Source of the DNA: a virus
Length of the DNA stretch: 64,000 bases
Direction: 5' to 3' (one strand)
IMG/VR virus record: IMGVR_UViG_3300044641_002725
In this document: positions 9,710 through 19,715 of the stretch, one piece after another
How the letters are laid out: each line of letters begins with the position of its first letter
How positions within the stretch are numbered: position 1 is the first letter of the stretch
Translations under genes and position numbers: made by a program
Notes under the pieces: model-generated
Told to the model about the DNA's origin: nothing
Database searches by the model: none
What the model saw: only the letters and a program-made list of their open reading frames with translations

Positions 9710-10648
9710 ATGCTACAAGATTTCTTGTGGGTCGAAAAGTATCGACCAAAAACTGTTGAAGACACAATTCTTCCAGCAGACTTAAAGGCTACGTTCCAAC
9801 AATTCGTTGACCAAAAGAACGTTCCCAATCTAATTCTTACGGGTGGTCCTGGCGTTGGTAAAACTACTATCGCCAAGGCTATGCTCGAAGAACTTGGATG
9901 TAATTATATTGTTATTAATGGTTCGATGAACGGCAACATCGATACCTTGCGAAATGAAATTAAAAACTTTGCCTCAACTGTATCATTCTCTGGTGGTCGC
10001 AAATATGTTATTCTTGACGAGGCTGATTATCTCAATCCGCAATCTACTCAACCCGCACTCAGGAACTTCATGGAAGAGTTTTCTGCTAACTGTGGTTTTA
10101 TCCTTACTTGCAACTTTCTTAATCGTATCATCGCCCCTCTTCACAGCAGGTGCTCCGTTGTACAATTTAAGATAAACGCCGCAGACAAGCCAAAACTTGC
10201 TGGTCGTTTTATGAAACGTATGACTGGCATTCTACAAAAAGAAAATGTAGAATTTGAAGAGAAGGTTGTTGCTGAACTTATTATGAAACACTTTCCTGAT
10301 TGGAGACGTGTTCTTAATGAACTGCAACGTTACTCTGCTACAGGTAAGATTGACACTGGAATTCTTGCAAATATCTCAAGTGACAATTTCAAGTCATTAG
10401 TTGATAGATTGAAAGCAAAAGACTTCACGGGTATGCGTAAGTGGGTTGCAGAGAATCTAGACAATGAACCATCAGTATTGTTCAAACGAATCTTTGACAA
10501 TAGCAATGAATGCTTGAAGGCTGATTCTGTTCCACGTATGGTTCTATTGCTTGCTGACTATCAATACAAGTCTGCGTTTGTCGTTGACCAAGAAATTAAC
10601 TTTGTCGCTTTCTTAACTGAAGTGATGGTTGACTGTGAGTTTAAATGA
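9710..10648 (+). CDS. 44: clamp loader large subunit gp44
   Basis: LWVEKYRP, GPGVGKTT, ILDEAD, SRC. Confidence 0.96.
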   Translation: MLQDFLWVEKYRPKTVEDTILPADLKATFQQFVDQKNVPNLILTGGPGVGKTTIAKAMLEELGCNYIVINGSMNGNIDTLRNEIKNFASTVSFSGGRKYVILDEADYLNPQSTQPALRNFMEEFSANCGFILTCNFLNRIIAPLHSRCSVVQFKINAADKPKLAGRFMKRMTGILQKENVEFEEKVVAELIMKHFPDWRRVLNELQRYSATGKIDTGILANISSDNFKSLVDRLKAKDFTGMRKWVAENLDNEPSVLFKRIFDNSNECLKADSVPRMVLLLADYQYKSAFVVDQEINFVAFLTEVMVDCEFK

Positions 10649-11118
10649 TGAAAACAGTATTGACAAGAGAACAGAAAATTGAAATTTTAGGTAAGATTGG
10701 TGAGAAATATGTTGGCAACTATCTCGCTAAAAATCGAAAAGTCGAATTCTCATTAGACAACTTTGATTCTGAAAAAGATTTGATTGCTGATGGCAAGACT
10801 GTTGAAGTCAAAGTTGGCACACCATTCATTACTGAAGGTGCAATTGCATTCAAGAAAAGTCAGTTGACAAAATGTAGAAGTGTCGATGAATTTTATTTTG
10901 TTACTATTCCTGCACCCAAATATGAGTATAGATGGAGTGGTTGGCTGTTTCGTATCGAAAACAATTTCAAATGTAAAGTTAGAAACATCACACGATCAAA
11001 TGGATGGATTGATGAAATGGTATTAGTGCCCATTGAACAAGACGCAGTAATTCCAATGTTTAAAGTAGAAGATTCTGTCATTAACGAAATGATGAAATAC
11101 ACTACATCAAAGTACTAA
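10645..11118 (+). CDS. putative PD-(D/E)XK nuclease-fold protein
   Basis: GKIGE...KDLIADGKTVEVK motif. Confidence 0.5.
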   Translation: MMKTVLTREQKIEILGKIGEKYVGNYLAKNRKVEFSLDNFDSEKDLIADGKTVEVKVGTPFITEGAIAFKKSQLTKCRSVDEFYFVTIPAPKYEYRWSGWLFRIENNFKCKVRNITRSNGWIDEMVLVPIEQDAVIPMFKVEDSVINEMMKYTTSKY

Positions 11119-11119
11119 T

Positions 11120-11539
11120 ATGACACCATTTGAATATCTAAATGCTATCAATCAATCAAAAGAAAACTTGATGATTGGCACTGACAATGATGAATTAGCA
11201 GAAAAATCGTACAATGCGTACATCGTTAATAAAGGACTTTCTTACTTCTCAGACACCGTACTCTATGCAAACGAGATGAATGGTCGCCATTTACTCGAAA
11301 ATAAACCTCAATTTTTGTATTTGCTAAATACCATTAGACCACGAAAACGCTTCAGTAAGTGGTTTAAGAATGAAATAGTTGAGGACATTAATGTGATTTC
11401 AGAATTTTTTGGCTATAGTTATGCTAAAGCTAGACAAGTGCAGAATCTCATAACCTCTGACCAGCTTAAAATCATGCGAGAAAAATTAGAAAAAGGTGGC
11501 TTGAAGTCTAAGGAGAAAAAGAATGGCGGTGAACATTGA
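11120..11539 (+). CDS. 62: clamp loader small subunit gp62
   Basis: PFEYLNAIN, YANEMN, RKRFSKW; position before regA. Confidence 0.93.
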   Translation: MTPFEYLNAINQSKENLMIGTDNDELAEKSYNAYIVNKGLSYFSDTVLYANEMNGRHLLENKPQFLYLLNTIRPRKRFSKWFKNEIVEDINVISEFFGYSYAKARQVQNLITSDQLKIMREKLEKGGLKSKEKKNGGEH

Positions 11540-11957
11540 AGACTTACTTGAAGTAAGATTGAAACAAGAAGACGATTTTTTGAAAGTAAAAGAGACACTA
11601 ACCCGTATTGGCGTTGCATCACGTAAAGATAAAACCCTATACCAATCATGTCATATTCTACATAAAAAAGGTAAATATTATATTGTACATTTTAAGGAGT
11701 TATTTGCATTAGATGGCAAACCAACTGACTTTGAAGAGAACGATTTAGCGAGAAGAAACACAATTGCAAAGCTATTGGCCGAATGGGGATTAATTGAAAT
11801 TGTCCCTAAAGCAACAAATGTTGAAGAACCTGTAGCACCATTGTCTCAAATCAAAATCATATCTTATAAAGAAAAAAATGAATGGCTCTTAACTGCCAAA
11901 TATAATATTGGAACTAAAAAGAGAGAAGATGATTACCGGTCAACGTCAAGCACTTGA
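11523..11957 (+). CDS. regA: translational repressor RegA
   Basis: DDFLKVKETLTRIGVAS...LYQSCHILHKKGKYYIVHFKELF. Confidence 0.97.
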   Translation: MAVNIEDLLEVRLKQEDDFLKVKETLTRIGVASRKDKTLYQSCHILHKKGKYYIVHFKELFALDGKPTDFEENDLARRNTIAKLLAEWGLIEIVPKATNVEEPVAPLSQIKIISYKEKNEWLLTAKYNIGTKKREDDYRSTSST

Positions 11958-11991
11958 CAAACGTTATATATTATGAGATAATGTTATCTCA
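11954..11991 (+). promoter_or_regulatory. sigma70-type promoter with inverted repeat over -10
   Basis: TTGACA-17-GATAAT; TGAGATAA-tg-TTATCTCA. Confidence 0.6.
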
Positions 11992-12011
11992 AGACAAATT
12001 TAGGAAACTAT

Positions 12012-12263
12012 ATGAAATCTATTAAAGTATTGACAGCAGTAGCATTGACTACTCTCTCCCTAGTTGCCGTTGCGGCAGACAAACCAGCAGAAAAGAAACC
12101 TGCTGAAAAACCTGCAACAACAGCACCAGCACCTGCCCCTACAGCAGACTCTAAAGAGAAACCACGTCCCAAAGTGATTACTCCAAAAGAGAAAGCCGAA
12201 AGAGCAGAGGCTAAAAAAGCAGAAGCTAAACCAGCTGAAGCTAAATCAGACGCTAAGAAATAA
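12012..12263 (+). CDS. secreted Ala/Lys/Pro-rich small protein
   Basis: Sec signal peptide (..SLVAVAA|DK) then KPAE/AEAK repeats. Confidence 0.7.
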   Translation: MKSIKVLTAVALTTLSLVAVAADKPAEKKPAEKPATTAPAPAPTADSKEKPRPKVITPKEKAERAEAKKAEAKPAEAKSDAKK

Positions 12264-12305
12264 TTCTTAGTAAATTTTTTATCATTAATTGATGAGGTAT
12301 ATAAA

Positions 12306-12533
12306 ATGGCATTTGTAAATTCTAGCAAAACACAGACAGAACTCTTGGTATCGTACTTGCGTGGTACTGGTCGTGGAATCTCTGCACCACAAGCACGGTC
12401 TTTGTTTGGCGTTAAAAACCTTCGTGCCCGTATGAGCGACTTGCGCCAGTGCGGATATAAAGTTCGTACAGCAATGAACACAGAAGGTAATACAACATAT
12501 TTTGTTTCACGCAGAATGGTTGGACAGGCTTAA
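12306..12533 (+). CDS. winged-helix DNA-binding protein
   Basis: ISAPQARSLFGVKNLRARMSDLRQCGY. Confidence 0.65.
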   Translation: MAFVNSSKTQTELLVSYLRGTGRGISAPQARSLFGVKNLRARMSDLRQCGYKVRTAMNTEGNTTYFVSRRMVGQA

Positions 12534-12538
12534 TCTGT

Positions 12539-12546
12539 TATAAATA
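12539..12546 (+). promoter_or_regulatory. T4-type late promoter
   Basis: exact TATAAATA, intergenic. Confidence 0.7.
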
Positions 12547-12702
12547 AACGTATCTCAGGGATGGGAACGTTAATAATGGCTCTTCTACCTTAGGAGCGTC
12601 TAACGCTGGTACAACGTTATGGTACCCCTGTATTCAGTAAGCAGGATTAATGATACGCCTTCGGGGTATCGAATTTTTTAAACTCGCTTAATAGGAGAAA
12701 CT
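12547..12702 (+). promoter_or_regulatory. structured 5' leader ending in ROSE-like RNA thermometer
   Basis: series of hairpins; final hairpin has UCGCU opposite the AGGAG SD; upstream of the hsp20 operon. Confidence 0.55.
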
Positions 12703-12930
12703 ATGTTACATAACATTAATAGTGCTATCGATGCTTTTCAAAGCACAAAAACGCAATTCGTCAAAACATTCGTCAAGAATGAAGAACTTGCAAAACCCCT
12801 CAATACTTTCATTGAAGCGCAAACACTTTACGCAAAAGCTGTTGCAGTAGAAGTCAATAAGTTTTTTACAACTCTTGGCATGTCTGCATACACTTTTGAC
12901 GCTAAAAAAGCGTTTTCAAAAAATAAGTAA
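12703..12930 (+). CDS. hypothetical amphipathic helical protein
   Basis: 75-aa ORF with strong AGGAG RBS. Confidence 0.7.
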   Translation: MLHNINSAIDAFQSTKTQFVKTFVKNEELAKPLNTFIEAQTLYAKAVAVEVNKFFTTLGMSAYTFDAKKAFSKNK

Positions 12931-12943
12931 GAGGAGATACAAA

Positions 12944-13447
12944 ATGGGACACACACCAATTCCCGCTATCTTTGGCGGACCAGGTTTTAAAGACTTTGAT
13001 AAATTCTTTGTTGGTTTCGATGAGCAATTCAATCGTCTAGCAAAGATACATGATGACGTTACTAAAAACATTCCTAACTATCCACCTTACAACATTCGCA
13101 AGACTGGTGACAATACTTACGTCATTGAAATTGCTGTTGCTGGTTTTGGTAAACAAGAAATCGATATCACTTTTGAAGACAACAAATTAATTGTTGCTGG
13201 TAGTACAAAAGATGATGCGGATAATTTCTTGTTTAGAGGCATTGCTAATCGTGCGTTCACTCGCACATTTGCACTTGATGACCAAATCGAAATTCAAGAT
13301 GCCGCTTTGATTAATGGCATGTTGAAGATTGCTTTGGAGCGAATCATTCCAGAACACAAGAAGCCTAAGAAGATTGAAGTTAAAGATGTTGAATCTAAAA
13401 CTAAAAAATCTACTAAGCAATTTTTGACTGAGGATGATATGTTATGA
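12944..13447 (+). CDS. hsp20: small heat-shock protein Hsp20 (IbpA-like)
   Basis: NYPPYNI, IEIAVAGF, RGIANRAFTRTF, NGMLKI, KPKKIEV. Confidence 0.95.
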   Translation: MGHTPIPAIFGGPGFKDFDKFFVGFDEQFNRLAKIHDDVTKNIPNYPPYNIRKTGDNTYVIEIAVAGFGKQEIDITFEDNKLIVAGSTKDDADNFLFRGIANRAFTRTFALDDQIEIQDAALINGMLKIALERIIPEHKKPKKIEVKDVESKTKKSTKQFLTEDDML

Positions 13448-13531
13448 AATTAGTGAAACAATTCTTCTTAGCATTACTTGAAGGAATTCAAGATGCAAAG
13501 AAACACAAAGCAGAGCGTTTTAAATAACAGC

Positions 13532-13556
13532 ATGGGGGCGCAATGCCCCCATTTTT
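13532..13556 (+). terminator. intrinsic terminator
   Basis: ATGGGGGC-GCAAT-GCCCCCAT-TTTT. Confidence 0.85.
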
Positions 13557-13573
13557 AATTATGGAGATATATT

Positions 13574-13879
13574 ATGCAAAATGAACTTAGAATTTTAAAA
13601 TTAAGCACTGGTGAAGAAATTGTTGGCAACATTACAGAACGTAGTGGTGATTTAATTTCAATCGAAAATCCATGTGTGCTTGGAATCGGAATGAACTCAA
13701 GTGGTAAAGCAAGTCTTCAAATGCAACCTATGCTTATCTTTTCCGAACAGAAAAAGGTAGATATCCTTCGTTCCAATATAATATATGATGTTTCGGTTGC
13801 ACCAGAGATTGAAAACAAGTATAATGAGATATACGGCTCAGGTATAGTTATGCCTAAAAAACAATCTATTATTATTTAA
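13574..13879 (+). CDS. Sm-like conserved T4-type protein upstream of gp43
   Basis: ILKLSTGEEIVG...IENP...YNEIYGSGIV pattern. Confidence 0.65.
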   Translation: MQNELRILKLSTGEEIVGNITERSGDLISIENPCVLGIGMNSSGKASLQMQPMLIFSEQKKVDILRSNIIYDVSVAPEIENKYNEIYGSGIVMPKKQSIII

Positions 13880-16401
13880 TGAAATTTTACACACACTTCT
13901 CTAAACTTGGTAATCAAATTCTTGTTCGTGGCTACAAAGACGGCAGAAGATTTAACGAAAAGGTTGAATACAATCCAACATTGTATTTGCCTGCTGGAAC
14001 TAAAGATGCTGAGTATCGAACACTAGATGGTCAATCGCTTGCGGCAGTATCGCAGGGCACAATGCGTGATGCTACCGAGTTTATGAAACGTTATGAAGAT
14101 GTTGACAACTTCAAAGTTTATGGCTCAACAAACTTTCCTTATGTGTACATCAACGAAGCATATCCGGGCAAAGTAGATTACGATCCATCACAAATTAAGA
14201 TTGCAAATATTGACATTGAGGTTGGTTCTGAAAATGGCTTTCCTGAACCTGAGTCTGCGAGTGAACCAATTACTGCAATCACGTTCAAGATAGCTGAACA
14301 CTTCTATGTGTTTGGCTGTGGCGACTACGATAATAATCGTGATGACGTAACATATACGAAGTGTCGTGATGAAAATAATCTCATCATGCGTTTTCTCGAA
14401 ATGTGGGAACAAACATCTCCAGACATTGTGACTGGTTGGAATATTAAGTTTTTTGATATTCCATATCTGCACAATCGAATCAAACGACTTCTTGGTGAAG
14501 AAACAGTAAGGCGCCTGTCTCCTTGGAAAATGATTAGCGAAAGAATGTTGGGTAAAAATCCTGGAGGAACGACTGTTCTAAGTTTCAAAAAAGAAACGAT
14601 TTATGAATTGTCTGGTATTGCCACACTTGACTATCTTGAGTTATATAAGAAGTTTACTTACTCACAACAAGAAAGTTTTAGTCTTAATCACATTGCGTAT
14701 CTTGAACTTGGTGAAAAGAAACTAGACTACTCAGAAGTTGAAAGTCTACATCAATTGTACAAAACAAACTTTCAAAAGTTTATTGAATACAACATCCATG
14801 ACGTTGAACTTGTGGATCGTATTGATGCAAAGATGCAATTGATTGACATGGCACTGGCGCTGGCATACGATGCTAAAGTTAATTACAACGATGTGTTCAC
14901 GCAGGTGCGTATGTGGGATACTCTGATTCATAATGATTTGATTGAACAGAATATTGTTGTGCCACAAAATGCTCACACATCAAAAGATTCACAATTTGCT
15001 GGTGCTTATGTGAAAGATCCAATTGTTGGTATGCATGAATGGGTTGTCTCATTTGACTTGAACTCTTTGTATCCACACTTGATTATGCAATACAATATTT
15101 CACCAGAAACAATTGTTGAAGGTCGCCACACAAGTATCTCTATTGATAATTTGCTAGATGGTGAGTATCAGTCACAAGGTGAATATTGCATGGCAGCCAA
15201 TGGACATTACTTCAAGCGGGACAAGCAAGGCTTCTTACCTGCTATGATGCAACGCATGTATGATGATCGATCATTGTATAAAAAGAAAATGATTGAAGCG
15301 CAGAAGGCATATGAAAAAGAAACAAACAAAGAACGTAAACGTGAACTGACAAATCAGATTTCAAAGTACAAGAACTTGCAGTTGGCAAAGAAAGTACAAT
15401 TGAACTCCGCTTATGGTGCCCTTGGTAATCAATACTTTAGATTCTTTGATACTAGACAAGCAGAAGCAATTACTTTGTCTGGTCAACTTGCCATTCGCTG
15501 GATCGAAAAGAAGTTAAATGGTTATCTAAACAAACTATTGAAAACTAAGGATATTGATTATGTTATCGCATCGGATACGGACTCTGTATACGTCAATCTT
15601 GGTCCGCTGGTACATATGGTCTACGGATCGAAGAGTGAAACGAAAATTGAAACGATTGTTGATTTCGTTGACAAAGCGTGTACCGAAAAGTTTGAACCAT
15701 TCATCGACAAGTCATACCAAGAACTAGCAGACTACATGAATTCATTCGAGCAGAAAATGCAGATGAAGCGTGAAGTGATTGCCAACAAAGGTATCTGGAC
15801 TGCAAAGAAGCGTTACATTCTAAACGTGTATGATTCTGAAGGCGTTCGTTTCGCAGAACCAAAACTAAAGATGATGGGTATTGAAGCTGTCAAGTCTTCT
15901 ACACCAATGTCGTGTCGTGATAAAATTAAAGAGTCTCTGAAGATTGTGATGAATGGTAATGAAGCAGAGTTTCAAACTTTTGTTGAAGCGTTCAAACAAG
16001 AATTCAAAACTCTTCCATTTGAAGACATTGCATTCCCACGAGGTGTTAGTGATCTATCTAAATACATGAGTAGTTCGGAACTATATTCAAAGGGCACACC
16101 TATGCATGTGCGTGGTGCGATAATGTTTAATTCATTTCTGAAAAAGTATAAACTGACTAAGAAGTATCAACTTATTCAAGATGGCGATAAGACTAAATTC
16201 TGTTACATGAAAGTTCCAAATCCAGTTCAAGAAAATGTATTTTCTATTCTGACTGTCTTGCCTAAAGAATTTGGCGTAGAAAAATATATCGACTACGATA
16301 CGCAGTTTGATAAAGCATATCTTGATCCATTAAAAACAATCGTAAACACAATTGGTTGGAGAACTGAACGTGTTTCTTCATTGGAGAGTTTTTTCGCATG
16401 A
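13879..16401 (+). CDS. 43: family B DNA polymerase gp43
   Basis: DIEV exonuclease, SFDLNSLYP, KVQLNSAYG, SDTDS, C-terminal SLESFF clamp-binding motif. Confidence 0.98.
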   Translation: MKFYTHFSKLGNQILVRGYKDGRRFNEKVEYNPTLYLPAGTKDAEYRTLDGQSLAAVSQGTMRDATEFMKRYEDVDNFKVYGSTNFPYVYINEAYPGKVDYDPSQIKIANIDIEVGSENGFPEPESASEPITAITFKIAEHFYVFGCGDYDNNRDDVTYTKCRDENNLIMRFLEMWEQTSPDIVTGWNIKFFDIPYLHNRIKRLLGEETVRRLSPWKMISERMLGKNPGGTTVLSFKKETIYELSGIATLDYLELYKKFTYSQQESFSLNHIAYLELGEKKLDYSEVESLHQLYKTNFQKFIEYNIHDVELVDRIDAKMQLIDMALALAYDAKVNYNDVFTQVRMWDTLIHNDLIEQNIVVPQNAHTSKDSQFAGAYVKDPIVGMHEWVVSFDLNSLYPHLIMQYNISPETIVEGRHTSISIDNLLDGEYQSQGEYCMAANGHYFKRDKQGFLPAMMQRMYDDRSLYKKKMIEAQKAYEKETNKERKRELTNQISKYKNLQLAKKVQLNSAYGALGNQYFRFFDTRQAEAITLSGQLAIRWIEKKLNGYLNKLLKTKDIDYVIASDTDSVYVNLGPLVHMVYGSKSETKIETIVDFVDKACTEKFEPFIDKSYQELADYMNSFEQKMQMKREVIANKGIWTAKKRYILNVYDSEGVRFAEPKLKMMGIEAVKSSTPMSCRDKIKESLKIVMNGNEAEFQTFVEAFKQEFKTLPFEDIAFPRGVSDLSKYMSSSELYSKGTPMHVRGAIMFNSFLKKYKLTKKYQLIQDGDKTKFCYMKVPNPVQENVFSILTVLPKEFGVEKYIDYDTQFDKAYLDPLKTIVNTIGWRTERVSSLESFFA

Positions 16402-16808
16402 CAACAAGAAAAATACCGCAAGAGTATCTTGCATTCAGACAACAAGATGATTTTGGTTTTAGTGCAATTGATGAATCAGAAGTCAATAGAACAGTTGACC
16501 CAAGCACACTAGAAGAAACTATTATTGTACGTGAAACAATAACACAATCTTCAGAATCTCTACAAAGAGTTGAAGATAAACTAGATCAAGTGCTTGCATT
16601 ATATAATGATGGTAAACTTGGACTAGATGCAGAACGTGATAAGATGGAAGATGAAGTAAAAGAAAATCTTAAAACGTTAGAACAGTTAATTATGCCATTG
16701 CTAGTTAACTTGATGAAGAATCCCGAAAAAGAATACATCTACTGGCCCAATCGTACCGCAAAGATTCAAGAACAAATTGATAAAGTGCTGTCATTGACTA
16801 GAGGATGA
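16398..16808 (+). CDS. conserved hypothetical protein
   Basis: DDFGFSAI...PLLVNLMKNPEKEYIYWPNR; between 43 and uvsX. Confidence 0.75.
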   Translation: MTTRKIPQEYLAFRQQDDFGFSAIDESEVNRTVDPSTLEETIIVRETITQSSESLQRVEDKLDQVLALYNDGKLGLDAERDKMEDEVKENLKTLEQLIMPLLVNLMKNPEKEYIYWPNRTAKIQEQIDKVLSLTRG

Positions 16809-16822
16809 TTTTATGTTATACT
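16794..16822 (+). promoter_or_regulatory. sigma70-type promoter for uvsX
   Basis: TTGACT-17-TATACT with TG extended -10. Confidence 0.7.
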
Positions 16823-16845
16823 ATGTTTTTATGGAGAGATAATTT

Positions 16846-17916
16846 ATGAGCAATTTTTTTACAGATTTAGTTGACCAATTGAAAGATGAAGACACTAAGA
16901 TTTTATCTGATGGTGGCGCATCTGCTGAGTATAGTGGTTGTATTGATACGGGTTCGTATGCATTGAATGCTGTTCTATCGGGTAGCATCTATGGTGGTGT
17001 ACCCAATAACAAAGTGACTGCATTCGCTGGTGAATCTTCAACTGGTAAAACATTCTTTGTGCTTGGTATTGTCAAACAATTCCTTGACGCAAATCCCGAA
17101 GGCGGTGTTATCTACTTTGATACTGAAGCCGCTGTCACAAAACATATGATGGAGTCACGTGGTGTAGATACTAAACGAGTTGTTATCTCTGAGCCAGATA
17201 CGATTCAAAAGTTTCGTCATACTGCATTGCAAATCATTGAGAAGTATCAAGCACAAGCAGAATCAAAGCGTAAGCCAATGATGATGGTTCTTGATTCACT
17301 TGGTCAGTTGTCTTCTACAAAAGAAATGGAAGATACTGCTGAAGGTAAAGAAACAAAAGATATGACCAAGAGTCAAATTCTCAAAGCAACATTTCGTGTA
17401 TTAAATTTGAAACTTGCTAAGATTGGTGTGCCTTTGCTTGTAACGAATCACGTTTATGATGTTGTTGGTGCATACGTTCCAACTAAAGAAATGTCTGGTG
17501 GTTCTGGCTTGAAATACACAGCATCAACAATCGTTTACTTGTCTAAGCGTAAAGACAAAGATGGCACAGCAGTTGTCGGCAATATCGTTCGTTGCAAGTT
17601 GCAGAAGTCACGTTTGACTAAAGAGAACTCTCAAGTTGAAGTGAAGATTACGTATAGCACAGGGCTTGATAGATACTTTGGCTTGCTTGAAATTGCAGAG
17701 AAGTATGGCATCATCAAGAAAGTGTCTACACGATATGAACTTGCTAATGGCACTAAAGTATTTGGCAAGAACATCAACGAAGAGCCAGAAAAGTATTTCA
17801 CACCTGATATCTTAGCATTGATTGACGAAGCATGTAAAAAAGAATTTTTATATGGTCAAGATGCAGTTGAGGGCGTTGTCGATGAAGAAGAATTGGAGTT
17901 GGCAAGTGAAGATTGA
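16846..17916 (+). CDS. uvsX: RecA-like recombinase UvsX
   Basis: [28 protein letters not shown]. Confidence 0.96.
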   Translation: MSNFFTDLVDQLKDEDTKILSDGGASAEYSGCIDTGSYALNAVLSGSIYGGVPNNKVTAFAGESSTGKTFFVLGIVKQFLDANPEGGVIYFDTEAAVTKHMMESRGVDTKRVVISEPDTIQKFRHTALQIIEKYQAQAESKRKPMMMVLDSLGQLSSTKEMEDTAEGKETKDMTKSQILKATFRVLNLKLAKIGVPLLVTNHVYDVVGAYVPTKEMSGGSGLKYTASTIVYLSKRKDKDGTAVVGNIVRCKLQKSRLTKENSQVEVKITYSTGLDRYFGLLEIAEKYGIIKKVSTRYELANGTKVFGKNINEEPEKYFTPDILALIDEACKKEFLYGQDAVEGVVDEEELELASED

Positions 17917-18250
17917 AGAAACTTACGAAATCACCGAAAGCGATATCAGATACAAAGATAAAGATGTTGTCGCAACAATTAGAATTACTGATGGTGATTT
18001 TAAAGGAACAGTATTTCATTTTGGTGAGATTAATTTTGCCGATGAAGAAAACCCTGACGGAACCTATTCAATTGGCTTCAACTATGATATAATAAGTGAA
18101 GAACACAAAGAACTCAAAGGTAATGATGTATTTGAATCATATCTTGGTGAGGTTTTAAATGACTTGCTGAAACACGCATTAGACGAAGCAGAGAAAAGGT
18201 ATAAGAATGAACTTGGAACAAAAAATACTCAAACACCTATTACTGGATGA
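17906..18250 (+). CDS. gp40-like protein (head vertex assembly chaperone position)
   Basis: GTG start after GGAG; between uvsX and 41 as in T4. Confidence 0.55.
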   Translation: MKIEETYEITESDIRYKDKDVVATIRITDGDFKGTVFHFGEINFADEENPDGTYSIGFNYDIISEEHKELKGNDVFESYLGEVLNDLLKHALDEAEKRYKNELGTKNTQTPITG

Positions 18251-19622
18251 AGAGTATACACGAAAAACATTACCATTTATTAAAGGTGAATATTTTCAAG
18301 AACCATCAGAAAAACTTTTGTTCGATGAGATTCAAACTTACGTAAACAAGTACAACTCAATGCCAACGAAAGAAGCGTTGGTCATTGAGATTGATAAGAG
18401 AGTAAACTTAACTGATGACCAACACAAGAAAACTGTTGCGCTTATCAAATCAATTACAATTGATCCTGAAGTATCAGACACTAAATGGCTGATCGATGTA
18501 ACAGAAGATTTCTGCCAAGAAAAAGCTATCTACAATGGCATCATGCAGAGTATTCAGATTCTTGATGACAAAAACAAGAACAATACAGAAAAACTTGATA
18601 AGGGTTCAATCCCTAAAATTCTAGCAGATGCGCTTTCAGTTTCTTTTGATAATCACATTGGTCACGATTTTATTGATGACGCAGAAACACGATATGACTT
18701 CTATCATAAAGTTGAAAAACGAATCCCATTCGACCTCGACTATCTGAACAGAATCACTAAAGGTGGGCTTGCAGAAAAATCTTTGAACATTGTTCTTGCT
18801 GGTACTGGTGTTGGTAAATCTTTGTTCATGTGTCATTGTGCCGCAGCCAATCTGACGATGGGTAAGAACGTTCTCTATATCACAATGGAAATGGCTGAAG
18901 AACGTATTGCAGAACGTATCGATGCTAACTTGATGAATGTTGAACTTGACAGACTGATCGGCATGCCTAAAGAAACATACTTGAAGAAAGTTGAATCTCT
19001 ACGTGAGAAGACTAAAGGCAAACTAATCATCAAAGAATATCCAACCGCTAGTGCAAACGTAAATCACTTCTCGCATTTGTTGAATGAATTAAAATTGAAA
19101 CGACAATTCATTCCCGATATCATCTACATTGACTATTTGAATATTTGTTCTTCCGCACGTATGAAGATGGGTTCTTCTATTAACTCTTACACATACATCA
19201 AAGCTATTGCAGAAGAATTGCGTGGTCTTGCAGTTGAACATAAAGTGCCTGTCGTATCAGCTACACAAACAACAAGAAGTGGTTACACAAACTCTGACGT
19301 TGGACTTGAAGATACTTCAGAATCTTTTGGTCTGCCAGCTACAGCCGACTTGATGTTTGCTTTGATTTCAACCGAAGAACTTGCAGACTTGAATCAGATT
19401 ATGGTCAAGCAGTTAAAGAATCGATACAGCGATCCAACAACAAACAAACGTTTTGTAATTGGTGTTGACAGAGCCAAAATGAAACTCTATGATGCAGAAG
19501 AGTCAGCGCAAACTAACATTTCAGACAGTGGACAGATTGAAGAGGACAAACCCGTATTTGATAAGTCTGGTTTTGGCAAACGAATGCAGAAAAACCGAGA
19601 TTTCGGTAATCTAAAGGTTTAA
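18207..19622 (+). CDS. 41: replicative helicase gp41
   Basis: AGTGVGKS, ITMEMAEE, IDYLNI, SATQTTR, KQLKNRY. Confidence 0.97.
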   Translation: MNLEQKILKHLLLDEEYTRKTLPFIKGEYFQEPSEKLLFDEIQTYVNKYNSMPTKEALVIEIDKRVNLTDDQHKKTVALIKSITIDPEVSDTKWLIDVTEDFCQEKAIYNGIMQSIQILDDKNKNNTEKLDKGSIPKILADALSVSFDNHIGHDFIDDAETRYDFYHKVEKRIPFDLDYLNRITKGGLAEKSLNIVLAGTGVGKSLFMCHCAAANLTMGKNVLYITMEMAEERIAERIDANLMNVELDRLIGMPKETYLKKVESLREKTKGKLIIKEYPTASANVNHFSHLLNELKLKRQFIPDIIYIDYLNICSSARMKMGSSINSYTYIKAIAEELRGLAVEHKVPVVSATQTTRSGYTNSDVGLEDTSESFGLPATADLMFALISTEELADLNQIMVKQLKNRYSDPTTNKRFVIGVDRAKMKLYDAEESAQTNISDSGQIEEDKPVFDKSGFGKRMQKNRDFGNLKV

Positions 19623-19662
19623 TTTCATGGTGTGAAATACCAGTCTTTTCACTAAATATGTG

Positions 19663-19691
19663 TTGACAGGATGCTATAATGGTGCTACAAT
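19663..19691 (+). promoter_or_regulatory. sigma70-type promoter
   Basis: TTGACA-17-TACAAT; ATTTCA-N5-TGAAAT palindrome upstream at 19622-19638. Confidence 0.6.
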
Positions 19692-19715
19692 AAACATAAG
19701 ATAGGAAAAGAAGCC

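Noticed and set aside
12008-12481. 157-aa minus-strand ORF and the many other antisense ORFs in the track
   Set aside because: Shadows of well-supported genes on the other strand, without RBS or motifs.
13879-16401. Intein or intron in gp43 (also checked nrdA, nrdB, gp41, uvsX)
   Set aside because: ORFs are continuous and of normal length, with no intein C/S...HN motifs.
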